Positions 27,507-36,909 of a stretch of 64,000 nt of DNA are shown here, in pieces. Every line of letters begins with the position of its first letter. Position 1 is the stretch's first letter. The translations under genes were made by a program, and so were the position numbers. The notes under the pieces are model-generated. The model made no database searches and was not told the DNA's origin. It worked only from the letters and a program-made list of their open reading frames with translations. This stretch comes from Escherichia coli (lineage in GTDB: Bacteria > Pseudomonadota > Gammaproteobacteria > Enterobacterales > Enterobacteriaceae), in NCBI RefSeq assembly GCF_030384885.1, contig NZ_CP128613.1. One strand, 5' to 3'.

Positions 27507-28412
27507 TTACCAGCGACCAGAAGCACCGCCACCGCCAGAAGAACCGCCACCTCCGCTAAATCCGCCGCCACTTGAGCCGCCACCGGAAGAGGATGAAGAA
27601 GAACCTTTTCTTGAAGCTCTTTCTTTACCGAGCGTCTTGTATTTGGCCCGTAGCTTTTTATTAACGATAAGCCAAAAGATAACCAGTGGTACGATCGCAA
27701 AAGGCGTTAACATACCGCAGGCAACGATTAAATTCGTCCATGGTCCTGGCTCGGCAACATAGAGGAATACCATCCCGTAAATTGCGGCAGTGAGAGTTAT
27801 CCAGGGTAAATTCGACGGATCGGTAAAAACAATAAAATATGAAAGCACTGCCAGCAATATAATTACAGCAAGCGAAAATGGGATAGGGGGATTGATACTG
27901 TAATAATTCCCCCTGCCTTCCGGTAATTCACCATTCATCAGAAGTGCGCCGATATTTTCGCTTGCCAGTGTTAACCCCCCCATCAGGTCATCACTTTTGA
28001 AAGCAGGGATTAATATATCACGGATAATCTTTGCCGCTTGCAGGTCGGTAACCACCCCTTCCAGCCCATAGCCGACTTCTATACGAACAGCATGATCTTC
28101 CCAGGCAACCAGAAGTAAAATGCCATCGTTTCGCTGCTTATCTCCCAGTTTCCAGCTATCAAAAACGCGTGTTGCATATTGTTCAATGGTATCGTCTCCG
28201 GTGGATGGCACTATTAATACGGCAACCTGTGCCCGTGTTTTTTGTGTAATATCCTGCAGCTGTTGTGTCAGTGATTGTTGTTCAGACATGCTTAAGGTAC
28301 CAGTAATATCGGTCACCTGTTGGCGCAGCTCCGGCACAGCAATTTGCTGGGCAAGCACAGGAAGGCACCATAAAGTGAGTAGAAAAAGGATTATACGCAT
28401 AACGATCACCAA
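27507..28412 (-). CDS. TPM-domain membrane protein (YgcG-like), paralog 3
   Basis: 301-aa ORF with signal peptide, TPM/DUF477-like region (DITGTLS...VAVLIVPSTGDDTIEQYATRVFDSWKLGDK), transmembrane segments and a Gly/Ser-rich tail ending GGGGASGRW; start overlaps the stop of the upstream paralog. Confidence 0.8.
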   Translation of the reverse strand: MVIVMRIILFLLTLWCLPVLAQQIAVPELRQQVTDITGTLSMSEQQSLTQQLQDITQKTRAQVAVLIVPSTGDDTIEQYATRVFDSWKLGDKQRNDGILLLVAWEDHAVRIEVGYGLEGVVTDLQAAKIIRDILIPAFKSDDLMGGLTLASENIGALLMNGELPEGRGNYYSINPPIPFSLAVIILLAVLSYFIVFTDPSNLPWITLTAAIYGMVFLYVAEPGPWTNLIVACGMLTPFAIVPLVIFWLIVNKKLRAKYKTLGKERASRKGSSSSSSGGGSSGGGFSGGGGSSGGGGASGRW

Positions 28413-29554
28413 CGGTCGGATGAACCGCCACCGCCAGAAGAACCGCCGCCACCGCGGAAAGAGTTTTTCGACGAAGAACGAGAATGAGCATTACGATTCC
28501 CCGTTTTCTTGTTGCTTTTATGCCCTGATCCCAGTTTAAGATTGCCAGTAAATTTGGCCACAATGATCAGCAGAACGATGCCAGCAATGGTTATTGGGCC
28601 GATAAAATGATCAATTAGCCCAATAATTGTTGAGATGAACGCAATATCTTTATTACTGGCGAATACCAGGCACCATCCCACAACAATTATCAGCAGCACG
28701 ACAAACAATGAATTTCGTCCTGATTCACGAACCTGCGGAGCCTTCTTTTGTTTTTTCACTTTAGCGTTTTTATTTTGGGGGGCCAGCATCATAGGAAATG
28801 CGCGGCATATATTAAAAACTACCGCGAGACGCTGCCAGCAGATTGCTGCGAAAAATAAACTAAAACAAACGACCGATACCCGTCGAATGATGACATCGTT
28901 CTGAAAGCAGAAAAACCAGACCATAGGGGTAATCATCGATATCATCCATATGCCAGGCCCTGGATGGGTGGTAAATCGCCAGAGGACAACGATGGCAACG
29001 ATCATCAGCAGTGTCCAGGCAAGACATGGCAGAGAGCGTTGCGGATTAGCAAACAGATGATTGGCTAAAGCATCCAAAGGGCTAAGATTCGCTTTTATAT
29101 AGGTAAACTGTGCGATGCCTTCAATTCCCTGCGTTAACCCGGAGAAGAGATTATTTTTTTTGAATTCCGGTTGCATATGGTAATGAACAATTTGCGCAGC
29201 TTGTTCCGGTGGCAGCATCTCTTCCAGTCCATGCCCAATCTTCATTGACGCCAGCCCTTCCGGCCAAACGACGAGAATTAAGATACCTTCGCCGTACCGC
29301 TTCTCTCCAACAGGTTTCCAGTGATATAACCCGTAGCTTTGCGAGGCTGCAAGTTTAATGTCTTTACCCCCAGTGGTCGGCGTTACCAACACGGCAACCT
29401 GAAAGTGGTTTTGCTGCTCGAGAGTCTGTAATTGTTGAGTTAAAGCAGTTTGTTCTTCTGTCGTTAATGTCCCGGTTAAGTCAGTTACTGAAGGCAATTG
29501 TTCAGCGAATGCCTGGAAACCACATAGCATCAGAAGTAAGAGAAAAATACGCAT
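28406..29554 (-). CDS. TPM-domain membrane protein, paralog 2 (polytopic, most divergent)
   Basis: 382-aa ORF with signal peptide MRIFLLLLMLCGFQAFA, TPM-like region, several hydrophobic segments, tail ...GGGGSSGGGGSSDRW. Confidence 0.75.
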   Translation of the reverse strand: MRIFLLLLMLCGFQAFAEQLPSVTDLTGTLTTEEQTALTQQLQTLEQQNHFQVAVLVTPTTGGKDIKLAASQSYGLYHWKPVGEKRYGEGILILVVWPEGLASMKIGHGLEEMLPPEQAAQIVHYHMQPEFKKNNLFSGLTQGIEGIAQFTYIKANLSPLDALANHLFANPQRSLPCLAWTLLMIVAIVVLWRFTTHPGPGIWMISMITPMVWFFCFQNDVIIRRVSVVCFSLFFAAICWQRLAVVFNICRAFPMMLAPQNKNAKVKKQKKAPQVRESGRNSLFVVLLIIVVGWCLVFASNKDIAFISTIIGLIDHFIGPITIAGIVLLIIVAKFTGNLKLGSGHKSNKKTGNRNAHSRSSSKNSFRGGGGSSGGGGSSDRW

Positions 29555-29568
29555 TTCAATTCCTTTTG

Positions 29569-30507
29569 TTACCAGCGCCCGGAGGCGCCACCGCCGCCAG
29601 ATGAACCGCCGCCGCCGCTGAAATTATCATTGTCAAAAGAGGATGAAGAGGAAGATGACGACGATGATGAAGAACGCCTGGAGGCCGAGTTACTTCTTTC
29701 GTAATGTGACGGTCGGTTGGCACTGCGCATCGAATCCCGAACCTTTTTGCCGAAGGGGGTAAAAGCGATGGCGACAGCCAGGAACGGTGTGGCGAAGCAG
29801 AGTAATGTTGCGAGTACTCCCCAGCTTCCGCCGAAACCTGCTATAGGTAAAACAAAGGCCAGTACAATAGCTGTGAAGCAAATTAGTCCCAGCGTTTTGA
29901 AATATCCTCTGGCGGAAATAAAGGTCAGTACTATTGCCCAGACTAACAAAGCCCACCAACCGTTAAAGGGCAAAGGGTGATCGGTCGGTGTTATCGTTGC
30001 TAAATTATTCCCCGTCAGACGATTATCAATATCGCTTATTCCCTTTTGCAAGCCGCCAGCCAGGTCGCCATTTTTAAATGCCGGAATAATACTGTTGCGA
30101 ATAATTTTCCCGGACTGCGCATCCGTAATAACGCCTTCCAGTCCGTAACCGATTTCAATACGCACGGCCTGATCCTGCCAGGCGACTAACAGTAGAATGC
30201 CATCATCGCGGTCTTTATCACCTGGTTTCCAGCTATCGAATACCCGCGTAGCGTACTGCTCGATGGTTTCATCGCCCGTTGTTTCAACCACTAACACGAC
30301 CAGTTGTGCGTGGCTTTTTTGCGTCAGCTCTTTAATCTGATTGGTCAACGTATTTACTTCATCGTTCGTCAATTTGCCGGTTAAGTCATTCACATACCTG
30401 GGTGATTCAGGCACTGGAATTTGTATGGCAAACACAGATGAACAAAAGAAAGCCATAAGGAAGATAAAATTTCGCACAGGACTTCCTCGCTTAATGAGCA
30501 TTAGCAT
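29569..30507 (-). CDS. TPM-domain membrane protein, paralog 1
   Basis: 312-aa ORF with TPM-like region (DLTGKLT...VVLVVETTGDETIEQYATRVFDSWKPGDK), Ser-rich tract, tail ...GGGGSSGGGGASGRW; start overlaps the lemA stop by 17 nt. Confidence 0.8.
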   Translation of the reverse strand: MLMLIKRGSPVRNFIFLMAFFCSSVFAIQIPVPESPRYVNDLTGKLTNDEVNTLTNQIKELTQKSHAQLVVLVVETTGDETIEQYATRVFDSWKPGDKDRDDGILLLVAWQDQAVRIEIGYGLEGVITDAQSGKIIRNSIIPAFKNGDLAGGLQKGISDIDNRLTGNNLATITPTDHPLPFNGWWALLVWAIVLTFISARGYFKTLGLICFTAIVLAFVLPIAGFGGSWGVLATLLCFATPFLAVAIAFTPFGKKVRDSMRSANRPSHYERSNSASRRSSSSSSSSSSSSFDNDNFSGGGGSSGGGGASGRW

Positions 30508-31093
30508 TCTGGCTAAAATCTATTGTTGGGGCTTTACTCACAGCGGCGACATCATCCGGCAAATAATTTTTCTTCGGTGTGTAATCCATGACTTTTGCGG
30601 TTAACACTGCGGGGAATTTGCGGATAGTGACATTATATTGTTCGATGGCTTTAATATATCTTCCTCGCGCAACGGCAATTCGATTTTCACTTCCTTCGAG
30701 CTGTACCATCAAATTTTGATAGAGTTCCTGGGCCTTTAACTCAGGGTAACGTTCACTAATTATCGTTAACTGACCGAGAGTGCGAGACACCTGCGCCTGA
30801 GCTTGTTGCCAGGTTTGTAATTTTTGTTCATCTCCCGGAGTTTGCTGAAGAGCGCTACTGGCGCGATTAGCCTGACTACGTGCCAATGTTACGGCTTCCA
30901 GTACCTCTTGTTCATGGCTGGAATAACCTTTAATACTGGCGACAAGATTAGGAATAAGATCGGCGCGACGTTGATATTGATTTAATACCTCAGACCAGGA
31001 AGCGTTAACCTGCTCATCATAGGTTTGAATATCGTTATATCCACAGCCTGATAAATTGAAAATAAATATAATTACGATGAATATTCTGAGCAT
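30491..31093 (-). CDS. lemA: LemA-family lipoprotein
   Basis: 200-aa ORF with lipoprotein signal/lipobox (IFNLSGCG) and LemA-like coiled region; first gene of a four-gene minus-strand operon. Confidence 0.8.
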   Translation of the reverse strand: MLRIFIVIIFIFNLSGCGYNDIQTYDEQVNASWSEVLNQYQRRADLIPNLVASIKGYSSHEQEVLEAVTLARSQANRASSALQQTPGDEQKLQTWQQAQAQVSRTLGQLTIISERYPELKAQELYQNLMVQLEGSENRIAVARGRYIKAIEQYNVTIRKFPAVLTAKVMDYTPKKNYLPDDVAAVSKAPTIDFSQNANAH

Positions 31094-31265
31094 GGTTAAA
31101 TCCCTTTTAATTAATTCCTTAAAACATAATACGCCACTTCATTTTATTCTTTATGATCTAATCCACTTTTTGCCTTAAACCTGCCTGTAACAGAATGTTA
31201 ATAAGACATGATTGTTGTGGCAGGATCTGCAATAATTAACAATTATCCACTTCACAGAGAATGCT

Positions 31266-31937
31266 ATGCAGTACCCGATTAACGAGATGTTCCAGACCCT
31301 GCAAGGTGAGGGTTACTTTACCGGCGTCCCCGCCATTTTTATTCGTTTACAGGGATGCCCGGTCGGCTGTGCCTGGTGCGACACCAAACACACCTGGGAA
31401 AAGCTTGAGGATCGGGAAGTCTCCCTTTTCAGCATTCTGGCGAAGACCAAAGAGAGTGATAAGTGGGGGGCGGCGAGCAGTGAAGATTTGCTGGCTGTCA
31501 TTGGTCGTCAGGGATACACCGCGCGGCATGTGGTGATTACGGGTGGTGAGCCTTGCATTCATGATTTGCTGCCACTGACTGACCTGCTCGAAAAGAACGG
31601 TTTTAGCTGCCAGATCGAAACCAGCGGTACTCATGAAGTACGCTGCACGCCGAATACCTGGGTTACCGTATCGCCAAAGCTGAACATGCGCGGCGGCTAT
31701 GAAGTGTTGTCACAGGCACTGGAACGAGCCAACGAAATCAAGCATCCAGTGGGACGCGTACGTGATATTGAAGCACTGGATGAACTACTGGCAACGCTGA
31801 CCGATGATAAACCACGAGTCATTGCACTGCAGCCAATTAGCCAGAAGGACGATGCCACACGTTTGTGCATTGAAACCTGTATTGCGCGTAACTGGCGTTT
31901 ATCGATGCAAACACATAAATATTTAAATATTGCCTGA
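31266..31937 (+). CDS. queE: 7-carboxy-7-deazaguanine synthase (radical SAM)
   Basis: 223-aa ORF MQYPINEMFQTLQGEGYFTGVPAIFIRLQGCPVGCAWCDTKHTW with radical-SAM Cys cluster. Confidence 0.9.
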   Translation: MQYPINEMFQTLQGEGYFTGVPAIFIRLQGCPVGCAWCDTKHTWEKLEDREVSLFSILAKTKESDKWGAASSEDLLAVIGRQGYTARHVVITGGEPCIHDLLPLTDLLEKNGFSCQIETSGTHEVRCTPNTWVTVSPKLNMRGGYEVLSQALERANEIKHPVGRVRDIEALDELLATLTDDKPRVIALQPISQKDDATRLCIETCIARNWRLSMQTHKYLNIA

Positions 31938-32275
31938 TTAAACATTTATAAGCGTTATAAATGGGTGGAACCTGTAAAGACTTCCACTCATTTATATTCT
32001 TTGTCGCCTCTGAAAAACCTCCATTTTGCTCATCCTGGACTAATCATTATCATTCTCTACAAATTCTATGGCGTTAATTTTTCGTTGGAGTGAAAATTAT
32101 TGCGGTAAAGTTTGGTAGATTTTAGTGGGTATAGAGTTATCTAAAATATTTACTTTTTTAATCAATGGATTAAGTGTTCTTTAACATAATGGATGTGTTG
32201 TTTGTGTGATCCTGTAAAGTTGGTAGATTGTGACTGGCTTAAAAAATCATTAATTAATAATAGGTTATGTTTAGA

Positions 32276-33219
32276 GAGTTCCCCGCGCCAGCGGGGATAA
32301 ACCGCAAAAACATGCCTCTAATCGCCTCATATCGCCGAGTTCCCCGCGCCAGCGGGGATAAACCGTGAATTCGCGGTCGTCGGTAGTTATTGTCACAGAG
32401 TTCCCCGCGCCAGCGGGGATAAACCGTTTATATCCCCGATACGCACGACGCGGACCGGGAGTTCCCCGCGCCAGCGGGGATAAACCGCCCCGCCCTCCTG
32501 CACCACGATCGCGCCCTCAGAGTTCCCCGCGCCAGCGGGGATAAACCGCCTTACGCCTGCAACCTCGTGCCACAGTTCATGAGTTCCCCGCGCCAGCGGG
32601 GATAAACCGGTTTTCAGTCCAGCGGCAGCTACGAGGAATCGGAGTTCCCCGCGCCAGCGGGGATAAACCGGATGGTTGAGGGTTATATGATGCCAGTTTA
32701 CGGAGTTCCCCGCGCCAGCGGGGATAAACCGGCAAAAACCGGGCAATCGCAAAAAGGCGTAATGAGTTCCCCGCGCCAGCGGGGATAAACCGACGCTGAT
32801 TATTCCGTACCAGTATTGTGAGGCGAGTTCCCCGCGCCAGCGGGGATAAACCGGATGACTCTGTGGCCTGGGTGGTTACCTGTCTGAGTTCCCCGCGCCA
32901 GCGGGGATAAACCGCCCTGCCCGTTTTGCGGGAGTTCCAATGTTGAGAGTTCCCCGCGCCAGCGGGGATAAACCGCATTATTTTTAGACGGTTGCGGGAT
33001 TGGATTAGAGTTCCCCGCGCCAGCGGGGATAAACCGCGGCCTGGTCGATATCTCGCTGCTAGCGTCAAGAGTTCCCCGCGCCAGCGGGGATAAACCGTAA
33101 GATGATCTCACGGAATTGAACGAACTACGGAGTTCCCCGCGCCAGCGGGGATAAACCGGACACAGAGCGCTGCTATAGCGCCTATGCCAAGAGTTCCCCG
33201 CACCAGCGGGAATAAACCA
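32276..33219 (+). CRISPR. Type I-E CRISPR array: 16 repeats, 15 spacers of 32 nt
   Basis: 29-bp repeat GAGTTCCCCGCGCCAGCGGGGATAAACCG at a strict 61-bp period, starting 32276, 32337, 32398 ... 33191; the last repeat is degenerate (gagttccccgcaccagcgggaataaacca); AT-rich leader upstream at about 31940-32275. Confidence 0.97.
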
Positions 33220-33690
33220 CCATATAACCCGTTATCTCTTTCTCAAGTTTTTATATTAGCAGTACTCGTATTAAGCAACATATCCACGTAACACCTCATG
33301 TTCAAAATAGCTCTCCATATATGAGAAGTTCACAATTATCGATACAAAAAATCAAATTTAATTAAAGTGTTAGTTGTATGATACTTAAATCATTAAGAAA
33401 TTATCATATATTATTTTTTTAATATTGAATTGATGTTTGTTAATTTTTTCTTTAGGATAATGGTTTGTTTTTTAAGCTTATTATTCATTGATTAAGTAAT
33501 AAATCTGGAAGTTTGTCTTTGTTTTGAGGCTAATGAGTGATTTTACATAATCGCCTCTATACGCTGTTGATGAATAGTTCTTATGAATAAAGATATCCAG
33601 TTCATACTTTAAGTGAAAATTGATAAAGTACGATTCGCATAGTCTTTTATTCTAAGGACATCGATTGTAGTTAATATTCCTTGTAAAAAC

Positions 33691-33763
33691 AGGGATAAAC
33701 CGGACTTGTTATAATTCTTGATGTTGTCGAACTTATGTTCCCCGCGCCAGCGGGGATAACCAT
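33691..33763 (+). CRISPR. Degenerate orphan mini-array (partial repeat, one spacer, degenerate repeat)
   Basis: cagggataaaccg + roughly 33-nt spacer + gttccccgcgccagcggggataacc; lies about 470 bp beyond the main array, after an AT-rich leader-like stretch. Confidence 0.7.
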
Positions 33764-33808
33764 TCAGGTATGTTCAGGCCGGGCATTTTCCCGCCCGGCC
33801 TTCCTCAC

Positions 33809-35287
33809 TTACGCATTCGACCAGCTCTGGATCGAATCTGCATTCCCCAACTCACCATGCATCACTTCATACGATTTTTTCAGGATCACATCAGTGTGTT
33901 TGGTTAGGTCTTTGAAAATGCCTTTATTCATCGCGTCGTAGCGTTTGGCATTGCTCTCAATCGGCATAAAGATATCTTTCACGCGAACCATTTTGTCGAC
34001 AGCCGTTGCGTAATCCGGGTATAGCCCCAGACCTACCGCCGTATTAATCGCTGCCCCCAGGCTTGCACAACCGTTAATGGCGTTACGTCGTGCCGGAAGG
34101 TTGAACACGTCGGCAAAAATTTGCATAAACAGATCGCTGTTCGAACCGCCGCCAGTAATGATCACATGTTTCGCAAAGTGATTCATTTCATGACACATAT
34201 TGTCGTAATTGTTCTTCAGCGTCAGCGCCACGCTTTCCAGTATCGAACGATATATCCATGCGTAATCCATGCTGGAATCAAAGCCGATCATAATCCCGCG
34301 TTTGTACGGTTCCCACGGATTGGTCAGCCAGTCCAGCACCGTCATCAGACCATTACAGCCAGGCGGCACACAAGAAGCTTTTTTGTTGAGCAAATCTTCC
34401 GGTGAAAGATCCTGTGCCCTGGCATCCTGAATTAACGACTCGCCTAACATGTCGCGAAGCCAGCTCACCGTCCACATGCCTTTGCGAATACCGTAACCTT
34501 CATACAGCAAGGTTTGCGGAATAGAAGACATAATCGGCCAGTACGCTACCGGATCTTTCGGCAGTACTTTGCCGTTCATCATCAACGCGATGTAAGTGCC
34601 AAGAGAAATTACCGCCGTTTCATCATCCAGTAACCCGGCTCCCAGTGCTTCTACCGGTTTATCACTGGTGGTACAAACAACTGGCAGCCCAGCCGGGAAA
34701 TGTGTCGCCAGCGCGGCTTGTGGTGTGATATGCCCAAGAACAGTGCCCGGCATTTGCACATCAAAAAGCATCTGTCGGGGAATATTAAACTTCTCCATTA
34801 CCGCGGTATCTTCGCTCCATGCCCAGGTCTTATAATCCACCGGCCACTGACCAAAATAGTTGGCGATATTGTCTTTAAACTCGCCGGTTAAACGGTGTGT
34901 CAGATAACCTGAAAAAGAGGTGGCATATGCCACATCAGGATTGGTGTGCTCGTAGGGACGTGTTACGCGTGCATCCTGCCAGCTAATCAACGGCGCAGCT
35001 GGCGTGCCATCGGCTTTCAATAACGCACGGCAGCAACGGATAGATCCCAGACCAATGCCGACAATATCTTCTTTATTCCCGGCAAACTGGCTCATCAAAT
35101 CGTGACCAGCAAAACATAATGATGCCCATAAATCATCGTCAGGATGTTCTGCGGTATCGGCATCTGGAGTGTGCATCGGTTGTAATAAGCCTTTGCCTTC
35201 GCAAACCACGTTACCTTCCAGATCGTACATCACCACTTTTGTGCTCTGACTTCCGCCATCAATCCCTATGATGTATTTTTTCGACAT
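33809..35287 (-). CDS. ygcE: FGGY-family carbohydrate kinase
   Basis: 492-aa ORF MSKKYIIGIDGGSQSTKVVMYDLEG... with FGGY N- and C-terminal signatures. Confidence 0.82.
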   Translation of the reverse strand: MSKKYIIGIDGGSQSTKVVMYDLEGNVVCEGKGLLQPMHTPDADTAEHPDDDLWASLCFAGHDLMSQFAGNKEDIVGIGLGSIRCCRALLKADGTPAAPLISWQDARVTRPYEHTNPDVAYATSFSGYLTHRLTGEFKDNIANYFGQWPVDYKTWAWSEDTAVMEKFNIPRQMLFDVQMPGTVLGHITPQAALATHFPAGLPVVCTTSDKPVEALGAGLLDDETAVISLGTYIALMMNGKVLPKDPVAYWPIMSSIPQTLLYEGYGIRKGMWTVSWLRDMLGESLIQDARAQDLSPEDLLNKKASCVPPGCNGLMTVLDWLTNPWEPYKRGIMIGFDSSMDYAWIYRSILESVALTLKNNYDNMCHEMNHFAKHVIITGGGSNSDLFMQIFADVFNLPARRNAINGCASLGAAINTAVGLGLYPDYATAVDKMVRVKDIFMPIESNAKRYDAMNKGIFKDLTKHTDVILKKSYEVMHGELGNADSIQSWSNA

Positions 35288-35313
35288 GATTTTTCTCCTG
35301 TAATTTTCCTGGC

Positions 35314-36591
35314 TTACTTGCTGCTAGCCATTGCGGGGGTGCTATCAGCAGTACGAATTTTTTGGAACAGCAAAAAGGTAAAGACGATCACCATGCCAAG
35401 CGCCGCCATGCCCATCAGCCACATATTGCGGTAGGCTTCTGCAGCGGGCAGGGTGTCTTGCCAGTAGCCGATAATTGGGTAAACGAAGACATCCGGCAGA
35501 AATCCAATCACCGAACAAATACCTACCGTGGTGCCCATAATGTAAGACGGTGTTCTCGCTTCGCCAGGGCAGGCCCAGTACAGCCCGCGTGAGGCGTAAC
35601 AGGTGAATCCCAGAAGTAAAATCAGACCAATCCCCATCGCGACCGATTGCGGGTTAGAGTTCGTGATGAGCAGGGCAGTTAACGCCAGCAGGCCGAGTAC
35701 GGAAAGTATTTGAATCACGCGGGTAGGGGATTTCACTTTGCTGTAGGTGGTGATAATGCCACCAAGTGGGCCGCACAGTGCGCGGAAGATTTTGTTGATC
35801 ACAATCCCCATGTAGCTCGCCGCCACCAGCGACATGCCGTACATTTCGGTCAGATAGTTGGTGGAGTAACTCAGAATGGCGTAGATGGTGAAGACGCCAA
35901 AAATCACCATGCTGCAGTACCATGTGGTGCTGATGCGCAAAACGGCCAGGATGTCGCTAAGCTGGAATGACTGTTTTTCTTCGTTATTGGCATTGCGCAG
36001 GTTGTTGTTATCGCTAACAAAAAACCAGCACAGAATCCCCAATAAAATGTAGACCACACTATAGATGATAATGACCGTTTTCAGGCTGGCGCTGTCATCC
36101 GGTGCAAAGCGAGAAAAGACCCACATGGTAAACACCGCCAGCGACATTACACCGACGCCGCGCAGCCCTTCCATCCAGCCCATAATTTTCCCCTGCTCGC
36201 TATGATCGCCAAGCAACGATGCGGCTTTAATCGACACCGACCACAGCATTAAAATCGTCGTTATCGCAAAGGCGACCTGAATACAGAGCATTACCCACAG
36301 CGGTGGATACGTTGCCATTAACAGACCCAGCAATCCGGTAATGATCATCGCGGAAGTAATCATTTTGCGATGCGAAAATTTATCGGCAATAACGCCGCTG
36401 GGGGCATAAAGAATAATAGCCGCAATACCAAAGGTACTCATTATTAAACCTATCTCGGTATTGCTGAATCCCATAAATTTAGCCATGGGAATTTGATAAA
36501 TATAACGTAAATAAGCCAGATCAAAACTAACGCCGCCACTAAAACTAATTATCGCGAGGGTTATCCAACGGCGATATGAGTTGTGTTGCAT
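35314..36591 (-). CDS. yqcE: MFS transporter
   Basis: 425-aa polytopic ORF; co-directional and 26 nt upstream of ygcE. Confidence 0.75.
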   Translation of the reverse strand: MQHNSYRRWITLAIISFSGGVSFDLAYLRYIYQIPMAKFMGFSNTEIGLIMSTFGIAAIILYAPSGVIADKFSHRKMITSAMIITGLLGLLMATYPPLWVMLCIQVAFAITTILMLWSVSIKAASLLGDHSEQGKIMGWMEGLRGVGVMSLAVFTMWVFSRFAPDDSASLKTVIIIYSVVYILLGILCWFFVSDNNNLRNANNEEKQSFQLSDILAVLRISTTWYCSMVIFGVFTIYAILSYSTNYLTEMYGMSLVAASYMGIVINKIFRALCGPLGGIITTYSKVKSPTRVIQILSVLGLLALTALLITNSNPQSVAMGIGLILLLGFTCYASRGLYWACPGEARTPSYIMGTTVGICSVIGFLPDVFVYPIIGYWQDTLPAAEAYRNMWLMGMAALGMVIVFTFLLFQKIRTADSTPAMASSK

Positions 36592-36615
36592 ATCGTATTC
36601 CCATTTGTAATAGAC

Positions 36616-36663
36616 AAAAAAAAGAGAAAAGTAAGCCGCCCTTTCAGGTGGATTACTTTTCTC
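36616..36663 (-). terminator. Intrinsic-terminator-like hairpin in the yqcE 5' leader (attenuator candidate)
   Basis: Minus strand reads GAGAAAAGTAA-18 nt loop-TTACTTTTCTC followed by TTTTTTTT; perfect 11-bp stem; ends about 25 nt before the yqcE start codon. Confidence 0.6.
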
Positions 36664-36769
36664 AGGTCTCTAGTAATTGCAATAAGAAATAACATGGAAA
36701 GCAGGGGTGTTGTGTGAGAGTAGTCACGCTTCTGCTTTTTAAAATTATTTGACAATTCGAATATCACAC

Positions 36770-36785
36770 TGTGATTACGATCACA
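36770..36785. promoter_or_regulatory. CRP-binding site (perfect TGTGA-N6-TCACA core)
   Basis: TGTGATTACGATCACA read directly from the sequence; sits in the divergent yqcE / ygcW control region. Confidence 0.75.
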
Positions 36786-36836
36786 TTAGCGCTTATGCCC
36801 TTATGCTAAAAATTATCTCCAGTTACCAGAGATAAT

Positions 36837-36885
36837 GAGAAAGGTAACTTCCCTCTCGCGGGGGAAGTTACCTTTCTTTTTTTTT
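36837..36885 (+). terminator. Intrinsic-terminator-like hairpin in the ygcW 5' leader (attenuator candidate)
   Basis: GAGAAAGGTAACTTCCC-loop-GGGAAGTTACCTTTC followed by T9; ends about 25 nt before the ygcW ATG. Confidence 0.65.
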
Positions 36886-36909
36886 GCCTTACGGAAATTG
36901 GAGCTAACT

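Noticed and set aside
27502-27762. Proline/glutamate-rich 86-aa plus-strand ORF
   Set aside because: Reverse-complement reading of the Gly/Ser-rich tail codons of the TPM paralog; not an independent gene.
32393-33111. Three minus-strand ORFs (119, 163, 103 aa) with recurring ...FIPAGAGNS... peptides
   Set aside because: They are translations of the CRISPR repeat itself recurring every 61 bp; the periodic peptide motif is an artefact of the array.
36835-36909. N-terminal extension of ygcW suggested by the ORF track (start at 36835)
   Set aside because: The extension would be translated through the leader hairpin and U-tract; the ATG at 36910 has a proper SD and gives the canonical SDR N-terminus.
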